A stretch of 63,997 bases of DNA, the filler included, from Basidiobolus ranarum (Eukaryota), in assembly GCA_040143965.1 (NCBI GenBank). It is 7 parts of 7 records of this genome, joined end to end, with 100 filler letters (N's around TTAATTAATTAA, not from the genome) between each part and the next. Parts side by side here need not be neighbours in the genome. Positions count along the whole stretch, not along the records: positions 9,307 to 18,505 come from JASJQH010007736.1; positions 18,606 to 27,800 come from JASJQH010007737.1; 5 more parts are not named here. One strand, written 5' to 3'. Both the position numbers and the translations under genes were made by a program. Shown here in pieces: positions 12,279-26,700 of this stretch (its first letter is position 1; every line of letters starts with the position of its first letter). Under the pieces are notes generated by a model. That model did not search any database. It saw only the letters and a list, made by a program, of their open reading frames with translations, and had not been told where the DNA came from.

Positions 12279-13636
12279 TCAATGTGATTCTGAGGCTTCT
12301 TTTGACTCTAAAGAAGCAAGCTCCTGCTCCAAGCGATAAAGGTCTTTGCGATATTGTACGATACTATTCGTATCTTTAGCTGTAGTAGCATGGGAGACTG
12401 CTTGGACAAAATAAGAAAAGGCTTCCTGCTTATCGCCCTTGTTCTAAATCAAAATGAAAAGAGTAAGCATCAACATACTATTGTATAATAAACATACCAT
12501 GACCATATTACCTCATAAATCATACCCAAGTTATGACTAATGACTCCGGCGCACTCCTCACATTCCTTAACGCTAACGCCCTTCTTGGCCATATTCAGAG
12601 CTTTCTGAGCCCAAGAAATGGCTTCTTCATATTTTTTCATGCCATAATGTATTTCAGCTAAATGGCCCATGACAATCGCATCTAAGCAAGTAATATCATC
12701 TTCCTTGGTACCCTTGATAGGAGCAGTAGAATCTAATTTGTGCATCAATTTATATTCTTTGGCCTTATGAAGGATTCCAAGATACAAAGGTAAGGCATAC
12801 TCGTAGTTTCCTTGCAAAGCATACATATCGGCCATCGAAACCATAATACCAAGTTCTTGAGGACCAGGAGTCTGCGGGGTGTTAGATACCTTTGCTCGTA
12901 ATTCTTGGGATATTTGCATGCCCAATACCAAATATTTCTCTGCACTTTGATACTCACCTAATCTCATATGAATATCTCCCAGATATCTACAAAGTTTAAC
13001 ACGTAATTCTTGACTCTCGGGATTGTCAGATGCTTTCCAGGCTCTTTCAAATATTTCAATAGCTTCTTTCCAGAAGTATCCTTTCGGTAGTGCTTTTCCT
13101 AAACGAACTAGAATTCCAGATACCTCTGGTGATGAATCTGGTAAATTTTGCTCTGTACTGGCAATCTTCAAAGCCGCACCCAGATAAACTGCGGCAATCA
13201 CAGGGTCAGAAACCATCTCTTCCCGAAAATATGCACCTCTAAGAAACTTGCGCGCAGCTGGGTCAAGATTAGGACTGGTAGGATGCAGGTAATACTCAAT
13301 GTACAAGTGCAAGCCTTTCCAAAGCGACAGTCCGATAAGAAATATCGACGTAGCACCTAGAACGACAACCTTCAAGGTATCAAGTGGTAAATGAACGAAC
13401 CATTTCTTGACAAAAGGACTTACACGTGGGGTAGGGTGGGGTGTTTGTCGAACCGAAATAAGATTACGAGTGGATATCCAATTTAACTTGTTAAACGTTG
13501 GCTTCTCAAAACGTTTGCTAAGTAAATGGGAAGTCTGAAAAGTGGTGAAGTTTTTGGAGGCAACTTGTGGAAATCTAGAATTTTTGACCGCAAGATTGGT
13601 ACAGCGTGTAACAATGGGGATAAACCTAGGAATCAT
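12279..13636 (-). CDS. TPR-repeat protein with mitochondrial-type presequence and one TM segment (Mgr3-like), 2 exons
   Basis: Basic N-terminus, hydrophobic VVVLGATSIFLIGLSLW, TPR-like helices (YLGDIHMRLGEYQSAEKYL); second exon ends at TGA 12279-12281. Confidence 0.7.
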
Positions 13637-14003
13637 CTTTGGCGGAAGTTCTTGGCTAACTGAGGGAACTCAATGGTACTTAGTAGCTTGTATTAAAAAG
13701 AAAGAGAGCCGCTTGGAATCACACTAGTTACCTTTCAATGATCTAACTGAAGATCGAACCTACACACTCACAGAAATGACAAATTTTCTCGTGATGTCAT
13801 TTTGAGATTTATCAAGAAATAGTTGAGATAAATATATCGCATTAATATAATCCTAAATATGAATGTTGGATGAATTTCTTAAATACCAAAAAGAAAAAGA
13901 GATTCTAATTCTGCGGAAAATTAATAGAAAATTTCTTTCGATATTGAAATTGTGAATTATGACTGTGACTCTTTACCTTCAGTCCTTGTGCTTGATATAG
14001 AAA

Positions 14004-15694
14004 ATGTCAAGTAAAAATTTCTTGAGAACTCTTTCTTCAGTGTCCAGTCAAACCTCTAATGTTAGAAGAGTAGGAATCCCTTTGCTACGCGCCACATGTT
14101 CTTCTTTATTGTTACGCCGCTTTAACTTACCCAATGCTTTACTGACAAGAAACATGGGGACTATCCAAAAGCAGGAGCCATTAGTCACAATTAATCAACT
14201 TCAGACAACAGTTACCGAAAAACAATGTCCAGGCTGTGGTGCTGAGTTTCAAAAAGAGGATACTTCTAAGCCAGGGTATTTGCCTAATTTTCATGGCTCA
14301 GGAGCAGCTCAGGTGAAGAAGAAGCGTGAAAAGCATTTAAGCACCGAAGATTTTCAGAGAGTAATCGAAGAGCTAGATGATGATCTGAAAAAAGAGTTTT
14401 TGGGTCCCATGGCAGTTATGAATTCTACTTCGCCTCAGTTACCGAAATCTGACGAGCCTTCCATTACACGCACCTTATGTCAACGTTGTTTCAACCTTGT
14501 TCATTATAACAAAGAGCCTGCTATTTGGGGAGAAAATGCAGTTACCGATCGCTCATACTTGAAATTCCTAAAAAGAAAGCGCAATGCAATTGTAGTTAAA
14601 GTTTTTGATATCTTTGATTTCCCAGGTTCATTTCTGGAGGATTTGGAAGATTTCACTGCTGACGTGAAGCACGTTATCTTAGTTGCTAACAAGATTGACT
14701 TACTCCCTGGTGATATTAATCGTAATCGAGTCATCGACTGGCTCCGTAGACGCTCGAAAGCTATGGGATTAACCAACGTCTCTAGCGTCCATTTAGTAAG
14801 CGCCAAAAAGAACCACGGAATCCGCGAATTAGCAAATACCATTGCAAGTCTACGTGAGCCAAAAGATGATGTTTATCTTGTCGGTTGTACTAACGTTGGA
14901 AAGTCAGAGATAATCAACAGTTTAATGAGAGTGTGCCAGGGTCGCATCCACAAAAAGAATAAGGTCACTTCCTCATTACTTCCAGGAACTACCATCGGTA
15001 TGCTTGGTATCCCCTTACAGAGATTCGGTCACGCCTTTGGAAAGTTAGAGCAGAACGAAATAGACAAACCCAAGCAGTTTCTTTACGACACACCTGGTAT
15101 CTTGAATAAAGAGCAATTAATCCATTTTTTGAATCACGACGAACTACGCTATGTGATTCCCAACAAACCGATGAAACCCGAGACATTTATGATGACACCA
15201 GGTATTTGAGTATCCGTCACATTCGGCTTGATTCTGATACTTACAGTTTTCAATTAGGTAGGTCATTGTTGCTTGGTGGCTTGGGACGACTAGACTATAC
15301 TGATGGCCAAGACGATATATTAGTGACAGTATTTAGTCAGGTCCTTCCCCACTTCACTAAAATTGAAAAGGCAGATGTTTTATGCGAGCGATTGGCAAAT
15401 GGCGAGAGCACTATTCTCCTCCCACCTATTGGAGATTCCAATAGACTCAAGAACTTCCCTAGACTAATTGAGGGCGCTGAGTTCACATTGTCTGGTATCC
15501 ATCGCTCTATGGCTACTATGGATATCGTACTCACCAGTATTGGATGGTTCTCGATCACTGGACTCTTCGACCGTGCTACTCTTAAGGTATATTCTCCAGG
15601 AGGGATCGGAATTCGAACTAGAGAGCCATTGCTACCTTTCGAATTCCGTGGCCAGGTTTCGAAATATCGATCGAATACACGTAAAACACGTTAG
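14004..15694 (+). CDS. GEP3: Mitochondrial circularly permuted GTPase, Gep3/NOA1/YqeH family, 2 exons
   Basis: CPGCG...CQRC zinc motif, NKIDLL (G4), VSAKK (G5), GCTNVGKS (G1), PGTT, DTPG. Confidence 0.9.
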
Positions 15695-16575
15695 ATTATC
15701 TTTCCAAAGCACCACGTTAGTTCATTCGCTTCATCATTGTTATTTATGTAATTTAGACCGGGCATATTTCTGTTTGTTTCATATCTTGAGAGCAAACGCT
15801 CAACACCGGGAATATTTTGAGCCTCAACAAGTATAGGTGATTTGATGAATAATACTCAAAATAAAGTTCAAGTAATTCATTACTTTCCAGACTCATAAGT
15901 AACATCCAAGTATACCTACTACATCCTCGGTAGAAATACATCAATGGCCCTGATGCAAGTATATGTAGTTCTATTTTGTGAACTAAGAGCTAGAAGACAA
16001 CGCCAAGACTCTCGAAGATCCTAAAAATTGGGCATAGCTTTAAAGAGCTGCGAGTGATCACTAGCTAAAGCAACATGTAAACCGAGCGACTGTCGAGTAA
16101 AAGCAATAGATATCCAAATATATTGAATATCTGCGTTGTGATTACCCCTTGAGAATGTAGACATTAGAATACTCAAAAATATAAAAATGTGTGGTTTCTT
16201 TCCAGATGTTCATTAGATAGTTCACAACCTGCCTCGCAGCTTTCTATAGCAGGTACCTGGCATGTACAATATTTACAGTTTGCCTGATATACATCATATC
16301 TTGATGAGCCCCAAGTGATGTTATCAGTACATCGTATGGTGTGCTATTGGCTTGTATCCATTTCTGCATTCAATACCCACTACCTTTTTTGGTTACTTTA
16401 TATACACTACTCCACCCATAGCTACCGTCTTCTTTCAAAAAATTGGCAACATCAACTCCAATTCGTGTCTGCTATAATGTCTTACTTTATTTCATCTCAA
16501 TTGTTATCATTTCTTTACTGACATAGGGTAGAGGGCCTGGTAATTGCCAATGACAGAATACGATCACACGGTCAC

Positions 16576-16974
16576 TCAGTCCCCTCTGCATGTTGCTCTC
16601 TTCCCTTTGCCGGGCCAATCCTTCAGATCCGAGTTTTTGGGGTCAATTCGTCTCGAGAAAGGCCCACCTCCTGGGGAGCGAGGCCACACAAGGTTCCCAT
16701 TACGCTTGAGCGTCTTGAGAACCTTCCTGATCTTGCTGGAGTCTTTGTCAATCGCATAGCAGCCTATATCTTGTGGACACTCGAATGCGGTCCTGGCCAA
16801 GAAAATCAGGTCCCCATGGTAACAGATGGCATTCTGGCCATGTACATTGATGATCAGCCCGGGGTAGTTTCTTGGAGTGAAAGAATTGCGGTGGTTACGG
16901 TCGCGGCTATCAGCGCTTAGCACCATATGTGACAGTGCGAGTAGAGCGAAAAGGAGGACGATGAAGCGTTGCAT
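16576..16974 (-). CDS. Small secreted orphan protein (132 aa, 4 Cys, ends in RGD)
   Basis: Signal-peptide-like MQRFIVLLFALLALSHMVLSA from the internal Met of the 167-aa ORF; intronless; visibly higher GC than flanks. Confidence 0.6.
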   Translation of the reverse strand: MQRFIVLLFALLALSHMVLSADSRDRNHRNSFTPRNYPGLIINVHGQNAICYHGDLIFLARTAFECPQDIGCYAIDKDSSKIRKVLKTLKRNGNLVWPRSPGGGPFSRRIDPKNSDLKDWPGKGKRATCRGD

Positions 16975-18505
16975 AAGTGTTGTTCGATGTTTTCTGATGT
17001 CCTTGGGGTCATTTGGCTCTTTATATCCTCTCTCAGCTTCAGTATGCTTTGCACTGTGGTCATGGCTCTGATGAAACATGGCGTTGTATAACTGCTACCT
17101 CACACCTCTCATCCATTCACTTCTACCTATAGTGTAGCGAGTCTGTATGAAGAAATCTTCAGTGCTCCACACAATCGGCAGTTGAAGCAGACAGAAATGG
17201 ATATTGGCGGAAACAGGCTGGAAAGGAGAACAAATAGGAATTAGGATCACCTATTGACATTCAGCAGCAACATCAGCATCGCTATGCGCGATTGGCTTGT
17301 TATGGATTCTTTGATCTATTCATATGATTGGTCAACCTTATTTAGACCATGCTCGAGAACTCCACTGCCGAAGAACTGGTGCCAAATGTTCCCTTCATTC
17401 GCGGTTGTCTCAATCTTCCAGGTCATGGTGAATGGTTGCCTAAAGATAGACAAGAAGTGAGTAAATGACTGTGTGGCTGTAGAAAGAATAACATCCTGTG
17501 GATGAACCTATTTAATCAGATGACAATCGCATGATTCCAGTAGGTTTAATTCATTGCGATATCTGAAGGTGCTGGGAATACCGCCTCAAGCATGCTTCGG
17601 GTGTATATTTCGATGGGATTGATTTATAATACTTCTCCCTTATTAATACAATCAAAAGCATGCATAGTGATGTCTTCACTCAATGTGATTTCCAATTGAT
17701 ATTTGATTGAGAAACACGTAAGTGACGAGTACTCCATAAAGCTGGACATGTACCGAAACAAAACTAGGCGTACTAATTAAAGGGATACATTCATGGTGCT
17801 TTTCTAGTGTAATTCGTACATTTTTGTAGCGTAGTTGATTTGATATTAATAGCGAATTTAGAGAAATATTTATTGGACGCATTCGGGAAATCTGAATGAG
17901 ATGTGTGACACCTGGTTTATATCTATAATGGAAGACCTGGATTTGACAAACTAGATTCTTTACGCAAGCAAGTGCCAACTAAAGCCTGATTACGAAGAGT
18001 TGCTATGTAGAATTTTCCAAGGTAAAACCACCTCACTGATCAAGTCCGCGTACATGTGTTAACTAGCGTAGCTGTAAACGGCTTAGGCAGATCTGTATAT
18101 AATATAGTAAACAACAATGTTTTTAGAATAACACAGACTTGGTGCATTTTTCATAACCTTTGACACATAGGAATCAGCAGACTAGGTTGGTTAGACCTTT
18201 GTCTGAAACTACCCCCTAACGCCCTTTTGAATGACCTACCAATCTATTAATTTTCCTTCGTACTTGTTCTCAATTAAGCGCCACATACTCAAAGCTTAAC
18301 TATATTTGAGTTCGAATTCTTTGGGGAAGAGAATTAAATAACCCTAGTAACTATTAAGTTGGTGGGCAGTTTCAAGTGCTGCAACATCAATTTAACCAAA
18401 TCTCGCCAATTCGATTTCTTATTGTTAATATATAGCGTACTTACTAGCAGTCCATGTCTAGCGTATAGTTGGTACAGCAATTTTCTTGCGCGATAAAATC
18501 ATAGA

Positions 18506-18605
18506 NNNNNNNNNNNNNNNNNNNNNNNNNNNNNNNNNNNNNNNNNNNNTTAATTAATTAANNNNNNNNNNNNNNNNNNNNNNNNNNNNNNNNNNNNNNN
18601 NNNNN
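18506..18605. other. Artificial contig linker
   Basis: 100-nt block of Ns with central TTAATTAATTAA. Confidence 0.99.
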
Positions 18606-19106
18606 AATAGTGACGCTAGAATTAAGGTAAATCCTTTTGTATTCCCCCCCCAACATTGATAAACTGTACTGATATCATGTTTAGGTTATCGCAGCCACAA
18701 ATCGTATCGATATCCTTGACCCTGCCCTTTTACGTTCCGGACGTTTAGATAGAAAAATTGAATTCCCTCTACCAACCGAGGAAGCTCGTGCTCGTATTTT
18801 ACAAATTCATTCACGTAAGATGACAGTCGGATCTAATGTGAACTTTGATGAATTGGCACGTTGTTGTGATGAATTCAATGGAGCACAATGTAAGGCTGTC
18901 TGCGTAGAAGCTGGTATGCTTGCTTTACGTCGTGGCGCTGTTGAGCTTAGTCACGAAGACTTTATGGACGGTAAGTTTTGATTAAATATGTACCATCTAT
19001 AAACATCCATAACCATGAATGATTTATGTTTAACTCGTTGATAACGTCATTAGGTATTCAAGAAGTTATGGCCAAGAAGAAGACCTCTTTGAAATATTTC
19101 GCTTAA
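18606..19106 (+). CDS. RPT5: 26S proteasome AAA ATPase Rpt5, 3' part
   Basis: Manual translation [30 protein letters not shown]...[17 protein letters not shown]...[10 protein letters not shown]. Confidence 0.92.
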
Positions 19107-19776
19107 TTTTCACCTACATTCAATTTTTCCCATCTCTCACCCCACCCTACCCTACCTCACCTTCACCATGACCCTTATTAGTTGGCTGTAAAATCAATTC
19201 ATAAAGTGATATCTAGACAATATGAACAAGTACTTTCATTTGAAGAGCAGATCGCTAGTCCACGCATCAGGCTATTATTCATATCATTCAATATTTGTGT
19301 GTCTCCCAAGTTAGTATTCTGAGCACTATTAGGGTCAGGGTCAGGGGGGGTAGATGTTTATGGGAAAATCAGAAAATAAAGGAAGAAAGAAAAAAAAGAA
19401 GAAAAAAATAAACAACAAAGGAAAGGAAAAAAGAAATATCGAAATTGTCAGGATATTGAAAGAAATCTCGGGGAAATATTCCATCGATAATCTTTATAAC
19501 AAACTTACTGACGTTTTCACTTCCAAACGATTCATTCAACTCAGGTCACGGGGGCTAAAGTTTCTCTTTCCCTAAAAAGTTCTTAGTGGAAAAGATTTCA
19601 ATAAAAGCAGTATTTCGCCAATTTATTAGGATTAAAACTGTGTACTGACTGTATCATATTGACTTAGTGGTGGTGTTAACTTCAGTCAAGTGAGAGAACC
19701 CTCAAAAAATATCTGCTTCATATTGCTGTTTTTCTTTACGTAACTCCAAATCTTTGTCCAGTAGATTTGGTATAGC

Positions 19777-22700
19777 ATGACGACTAGGTAAGCTTTAAAT
19801 ACTGTACTTGATAAATCGGAAGGTTCTTTTTAATAAAATTGAATCTAGACTTGATCGTCTTGTCCTGCTGCTGGACACCGGGTCAACAGCCTCTGTACGA
19901 ACAACAGCTGCCCAACAAATTGGAAACATTCAGAGACAACACCCGTCAGAATTATATAATCTGCTCTCTAGAGTATGTTATTTCCCTTCCTTTCCAACTG
20001 TCATCTGACTCTATTTAGGTTACTTGTCAACATAAAGGTTAAATCTCTACCACCACTTTAATTTTAGGTCTTGGTTCATTTAAAAAGTAAAAATTGGGAG
20101 ACTAGAATTGCTGCCGGTCAAGCTATCGAAGCCATCGCTAGTAATGTTCCACTTTGGAACCCCATAGAAAGTGAGTGGTTGAAGTTACTTTATTAGGGAT
20201 GGTGTTTGATGTAAACTAAACCTATGCTTTTCATCCACACTTTTTTTTCATTCTAGCAAATGTAAAAAGTGAGATCTCCTTACAAAATGATAAAGCACTG
20301 AAGAACAAATTGACTTTTGATCGATTTGATATAACCGATGTACTTCGTAATGGCAAAAAGCTATTAGGATCTGCTGGCAAGGTGAATATTTCGTAGAGTC
20401 GATTTCTTTGGAATTCCTTCTAAAATTTTCACCGATTAATTCTAGGAATATGATATCGATCTAAACGACCTTGATCCAAGTGAAAGACTTGCCCTTCAGA
20501 GAAAAAATCTCAAACAACGTCTAGGCTTAGGCAGTCAATTTATGGATGGTATGTGACATTAAGGTGACCTCAGATGATGTTGACCGATATCCTAATTCCG
20601 AACTTATTTTTAGAACTACTGGATGACAACGATTTATATGGTTCTCAAAATCAGCAACAGCAACAGCAACAACAACAACCATACCCACATCCACACTCCC
20701 AACCACTACTACACCAGCATCCTCCACCATTTATTAAAAGCGAGCCAATGCCAATAAAAATTTTACCGCCAGTTAAATTTGAAACTTCATCCACTGGAAG
20801 CGTTGTTCAACCACCTGCTACAATGCCTCTGGAGCCTGATCTTTCTGTTGATACTTCCGGACTAAGTGCTAGAGAGAGAAATCGACTAAAAAGAAAAGCA
20901 AAACTAGACGCGAAGATGAAGACCAAAGACAAGTAAGTTCATTGTCTTTCACTTCATTTTTCAATCGAGTTCTTACCCAAGACCACTTTCCCTTCTAGAG
21001 TTCGAGTTGTGGACCTGGGAAAGCAGAAAGGAAAAGAAGAGTCTTCATCCGCTGCCGTCGTCGTTAAAAAAGAAGCAAATGGTATACATTCCGACTCTTC
21101 TAACTTTGTCCAACACGAAAATTCTAACTTTTTGGTCAGAAGTAGCAATTGTGTCGGATAAGAACGGTCAGCCTGAAATCAAACAAGAGAAAGTTATCGT
21201 TGATCCTCGTGCGAAGAATTCCTCGGGTATACCTGTAGAGCAACCATCGAATGAATGGCCATTTGAGGGAATATGTGATATTCTTTCTATGGACTTATTT
21301 GAGTAAGACCATCTTTTTTGTCATCGGTAGAGATAGATTTAACCATTCATATTTTAAATAGTCCTACATGGGAAGTGAGACATGGTGCTGGTCTTGGACT
21401 GCGAGAGATCTTAAAATGCCACGGAGAAGGAGCGGGTAAGATTCTGGGTTTATCCGTGGAGGATAACGAGAAGCGACACCATCTTTGGCTCGAGGATATT
21501 TGTATCCGACTGTTATGTGTATTCGCTTTGGATCGTTTCGGTGACTTTGTTTCTGATCAGGTTGGCGAAAAATTTCACTTCACATCTTTATATTTATATA
21601 TATATTCTCAACCAAAGTAATTCTACTGTTCCGGACTAATGTAATTTTCAAATCCGAAGGTTGTCGCACCTGTTCGTGAGACTTGCTCCCAAACTTTAGG
21701 TGCGTTGGCAAAGCATATGTCTCCCAAGGGGATCGAGTTGGTGGAAAAATGCCTTCTGCAATTAATCCATCAGAATGATATTAAAGGTAGCAATGGAAAT
21801 ACCGTAGGATCCATCTGGGAAGTACGTCATGCTGGCCTACTTGGGCTTAAATATTTAGTAGCAGTTCGAAAAGATCTAGTAGAGCTGGTCATTAATGGTG
21901 CCGTTGGTGCTGTTGTAATGGGTCTCAAGGATAATGATGATGATGTACGAGCTGTTTCAGCGTCCACGCTTCTTCCTATTGCTGACTCATTTGTCAGACT
22001 TCTTCCCAATATGATACCTATCGTTCTAGAGGTCCTATGGGATTGTCTTATCGACTTGAAAGACGACTTGACAGCTTCTACCGCTAGTGTCATGGACCTC
22101 TTAGCACGGTTATTTTCTTTTGACGAAGTTCTCCAATATATGCAAGTTTTAACCGTTGCAGATCCTCAGCGTGGTCTAGTTACCCTGATCCCTCGTCTTT
22201 ATCCCTTTTTTCGACACACAATTACTTCAGTACGCTCTGCAGTGTTACATACACTGAAAACCTTCCTCGGAATGCAAGGAATGGAAGGTTGGGTTGATAC
22301 TAGATGTCTTTGTTTGGTTTATCAAAACCTTTTAGTTGAAGAAAAGCAAGATATATTGGACTTGTCAGCCTCTGTTTGGACTGAGTTGCTCTCTCATGTA
22401 AGCCGTTCAGCCCCGGATCGTATACAGAGTATGTTTGCCCCAACCATAGGATCCTGGTTCTCGCTCCTAATGACACCTCTTGGAATACCTCTTGATACAA
22501 GGTGCTTCTTTTTGCCTAGAGCCTTAATCACTACGGAGGTTCTGAAAAATAATCAGGATAGTGATCACAGTGGCTTTAGTCATAATATTGATGTGGGTAT
22601 GATCCAGCAAGATTTCTCTTTAGTATCCCAGGACACTGTGGTAAGAGGAAGACTTGCGGGTGCCAAAGCTATAGGGATGTTAATATCTATTTGGCCCCGA

Positions 22701-25700
22701 GAAACCCTGGAACTCACATTCCAAGAGATTATTCTATCATTTTTGAGATCTCCTTGGGCACTGCAGCGACAATTGGCAGCAGTAGTTACTGAGGAATGGG
22801 CAGTGGCTGTGCTTAGCGGGGTAATTAATCCTAGCATTACCACCACAGTGCCATTGGCTTCAGTCCTCTCGGGTAACTTGATCAACTCTCTTGAATCAGA
22901 AAGCCCAGAATTTTATCTTGAACTCGTTTCAGTACTTCGTCGTATCCGTGGAGAATGTCAAGCATTATTGAATTCTTTTGTGTCAGATGGAAATTTACCT
23001 CCTTCAGATGTTCCATCGATTCCCGTGCAGTGTGCAGGTGAAGCAGGCTCTGGTCCACAAGCATTCAGTATTGATTTGGCGAGGACAATAGCCACAGAAA
23101 CTTTTGAACATCTGAAGTCAAAGATCGCAGCCAGAACACGTAAACAAATTTTGTCACAACTTATGGATAGACAAAGAAGAGTGATCGCGTCCATTGGATT
23201 TTATGAAGCCACCAAACAACAAGCTGATGTATGCACTAGTGCTGCCGTCTCCGGAGCTGTAGTGGCCTTTGGAGTTCTTCCCAGAAAATTGAATCCAGTC
23301 ATTCGATCCATCATGAATTCTATCAAGTTTGAAGAAAATTATGAAATACAACAACGTGGTGCCACTGCTCTATCGAACATGATTTCTATTTGCACTTCCC
23401 CAGTTCTGAATCTTCGGGTTAATCCTACAGATAAAATCATCAAGAATCTTGCCGCTTTTCTCTGCTCTGATCCCAGTACTACACCTGTACTTCAGGATAT
23501 AACTCAAGAAAATGGTATATACTCTTTACTGAAAGCAAAGGGAGAGCAAAAAGGCTCCGGAAAGGGTCTCACCATCACCTCTTTAGACACCGATCCTATT
23601 GATAAGAAGATAATAAATGAAGAAGATGAGACAGTGAGACAGGCCAAGCTAGTCAGACGAGGAGCCCAAGCAGCTCTTCGAGAGTTAGCACGTCGATTCA
23701 AAGCGGATCTTTTCCATATTATTCCAAAACTTTGGGAGTGCATGTGCCAAAGTTTGTTTGAGACTTTCCCACCAGATAAGAAAGACCTACCGAGCTTTAA
23801 AGCAAGTGACTCTGTCGGGCAGGATGTGATTGATTGTTTACAAGTTCTCAGCTCCATTACACCTTTCCTAGATGCGGGGCTCAATTCACAAATTGCCGGA
23901 GTCCTACCAAGTGTCATCCAAGCTTTACGCTCTAGATACATGGTAATTAGAAATATGGCGGCTCGTTGTATGGCTGTCATGTGTAATTGTATTACTATCC
24001 CAGCAATGCAGGCAGTAATAGAGAAGATTCTCCCATTACTTGGAGATACACAAAATATCATGAACAGACAAGGAGCTGCAGAAACGATTTACCATGTTGT
24101 TCAAACCATGGATTCGAACATTCTACCTTACGTGATCTTCTTGATTGTTCCTGTTCTAGGAAGAATGAGTGATGTCGATGAAAGTGTAAGAGTAATCTCT
24201 ACTAATTGCTTTGCTTTTCTCATCAAGCTGGTCCCATTGGAATCAGGAATCCCCGATCCACCAGGTATCCCAAGTGAAATGCTCGCTCACCGCGACAAAG
24301 AGCGCAAGTTCCTTATGCAGCTCTTGGACAGTAGTAAATTGGAGTCATATCCTATTCCAGTGGGTATTAAAGCAGAGTTGCGTAGTTACCAGCAAGATGG
24401 TGTGAACTGGTTAGCTTTCTTAAACCGATATCAGTTACATGGGATTTTATGTGATGATATGGGTTTGGGTAAAACCCTTCAATCCATTTGTATTCTTGCT
24501 AGCGATCATCATGTTCGTTCAGAGAAATACAAGAAAACCAAATCCCCAGATTGCGCGCATATGCCCTCTCTTGTGGTTTGTCCGCCTACTCTTACTGGAC
24601 ATTGGTATCATGAGATCCTAAATTACACAGATAATCTTCGTCCACTAATGTATACCGGTGGGCCGAATGAGAGAAAGCGTCTTCGACCCAAGATCAAAAA
24701 GCACGACATCATCATTATGTCTTACGATATTATTAGAAATGATATTGAAGAGCTATCCGAAATCCATTGGAATTATTGTATTCTGGATGAAGGTCATATC
24801 ATTAAAAACGGGAAAACGAAAATCACGAAAGCAACCAAAACCGTCAAAGCAAACCATCGACTTATCTTATCTGGTACCCCAATTCAAAACAATGTCTTGG
24901 AGTTGTGGTCCCTCTTTGATTTCCTTATGCCTGGTTTCTTGGGTACTGAAAAACTTTTCAATGAAAGGTTCGGAAAGCCCATCTTGGCCAGTAAGGACAG
25001 TAAGAGCTCTTCTAGAGATCAAGAAGCCGGCGCCTTGGCCTTGGAGGCACTTCATAAGCAAGTATTGCCGTTCCTTCTTCGTCGTCTGAAGGAGGATGTT
25101 CTCGACGACTTGCCTCCCAAAATCATTCAAGATTATTACTGCGAACTAAGCGATCTTCAAAAGCAACTCTATGAAGACTTCGCCAAGTCCCAAACAACTC
25201 GTTCTCTTCAATCGGATTGGGATGAATCTCAAGTTCCAGAGAAAGAAGAGGCTGAAGCAGGAAAGAAGAAAGCAACCCATATCTTCCAAGCTTTGCAATA
25301 TCTCCGTAAGCTCTGCAATCATCCACTTCTTGTTGTCAACCCTAAGCATCCTGAATACAACAAGGTGATGAGTGTTATGGAAAGCAGCAAATCTTCAACT
25401 CATGATCTTCAACATGCACCCAAGCTTCAGGCCCTACGTCAGTTATTGTTGGATTGTGGAATCGGTGCTACTGCTGAAGCCGAAGCCTCAGATCCTATGT
25501 CTGGAGGTGCAGTTAGTCAACACAGAGCTCTTATTTTCTGTCAACTAAAAACCATGCTTGATATCATTGAGAATGATCTATTCAAGAACCTCATGCCGTC
25601 AGTCACTTATATGCGTCTGGATGGTGGTGTTGACGCTAGCAAAAGACACGGAATTGTTCAGAAGTTCAATCAAGATCCTTCGATTGATGTTCTTCTGCTT

Positions 25701-26210
25701 ACAACCCATGTTGGTGGTCTCGGTCTTAATCTCACCGGGGCCGATACAGTTATCTTCGTCGAGCATGATTGGAATCCAATGAAAGATCTACAGGCTATGG
25801 ATCGTGCGCATAGAATCGGGCAAAAGAAAGTAGTCAACGTGTATCGATTGATCACTCGTGGAACGCTAGAAGAAAAGATTATGGGGTAATTGTTTTAATA
25901 TGTGTGTCAGTTCTGTGGATGTAACCTTTCTAACCTTCTTCTTTACAGCTTACAAAAGTTCAAATTGAACATCGCCAATTCCATTGTCAATCAACAAAAC
26001 TCTGGCCTCCAGAGTATGGACACCGATCAAATTCTTGACCTCTTTAATGTTACCCCAACCGAAAATACCCGACCCACGAAGAGTGACGATGCTAGCGGTT
26101 CCAAGAAGCTTCCCCAAAAGGCAATACTCGAGAACCTCGAGAATCTCTGGGATGAAAAGCAGTATGACGAAGAGTATAACCTGGATCATTTCATTGAATC
26201 TTTGAAATAG
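19777..26210 (+). CDS. MOT1: TBP-associated SNF2 ATPase Mot1/BTAF1, multi-exon
   Basis: MTTRLDRLVLLLDTGS start, WEVRHG HEAT repeats, DDMGLGKTLQ, DEGH, HDWNPMKDLQAMDRAHRIGQ. Confidence 0.97.
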
Positions 26211-26700
26211 ATTTGATATTGAGCATTTATCGAGCGTATATCGAGCATATATTGAGCGTTTAAACAGAACCAGCCCTTTCTCCCTTTGCCTATTCAAACA
26301 TGTACAGAACGATCATCACTTTTCGAACCTCAATAGAACTTCCCAACTTATTCTCCTTTTCCCTAATTTTCCCAAGAGTATATTATTGTTTTAAATATCA
26401 TTCTCCATCTCAAAAGCCTCCCCTCAGTTATCTTTCACAAAGTGTGTGTAAGTGTGTATTCACTTGAGAGAAAATAAACCCATCTCCCTAACATTTATAT
26501 ATCTTTGGTTGAATTCTCGATATAACTCATATAGCATACATGCATATACACTTGCGTTCACCCATCGATGATATTGATCACGATCCAGATGACTGGAAAT
26601 CCCAATAAAAATAAGTAATCATTTAAAAATTCAAAAAATTTTGACTTGCCACTTCTTACACACGCACATTCTAACAAGTAACCTTGACCTTTCTTTTACG

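Noticed and set aside
20652-20678. CAG/CAA tract in MOT1 (also in the rhomboid near 53960)
   Set aside because: Ordinary short polyglutamine tracts in low-complexity regions.
21827-25855. Many antisense and alternate-frame ORFs inside MOT1 (also TOP1, CYR1 and tubulin)
   Set aside because: Shadow ORFs of long coding exons with no recognisable motifs.
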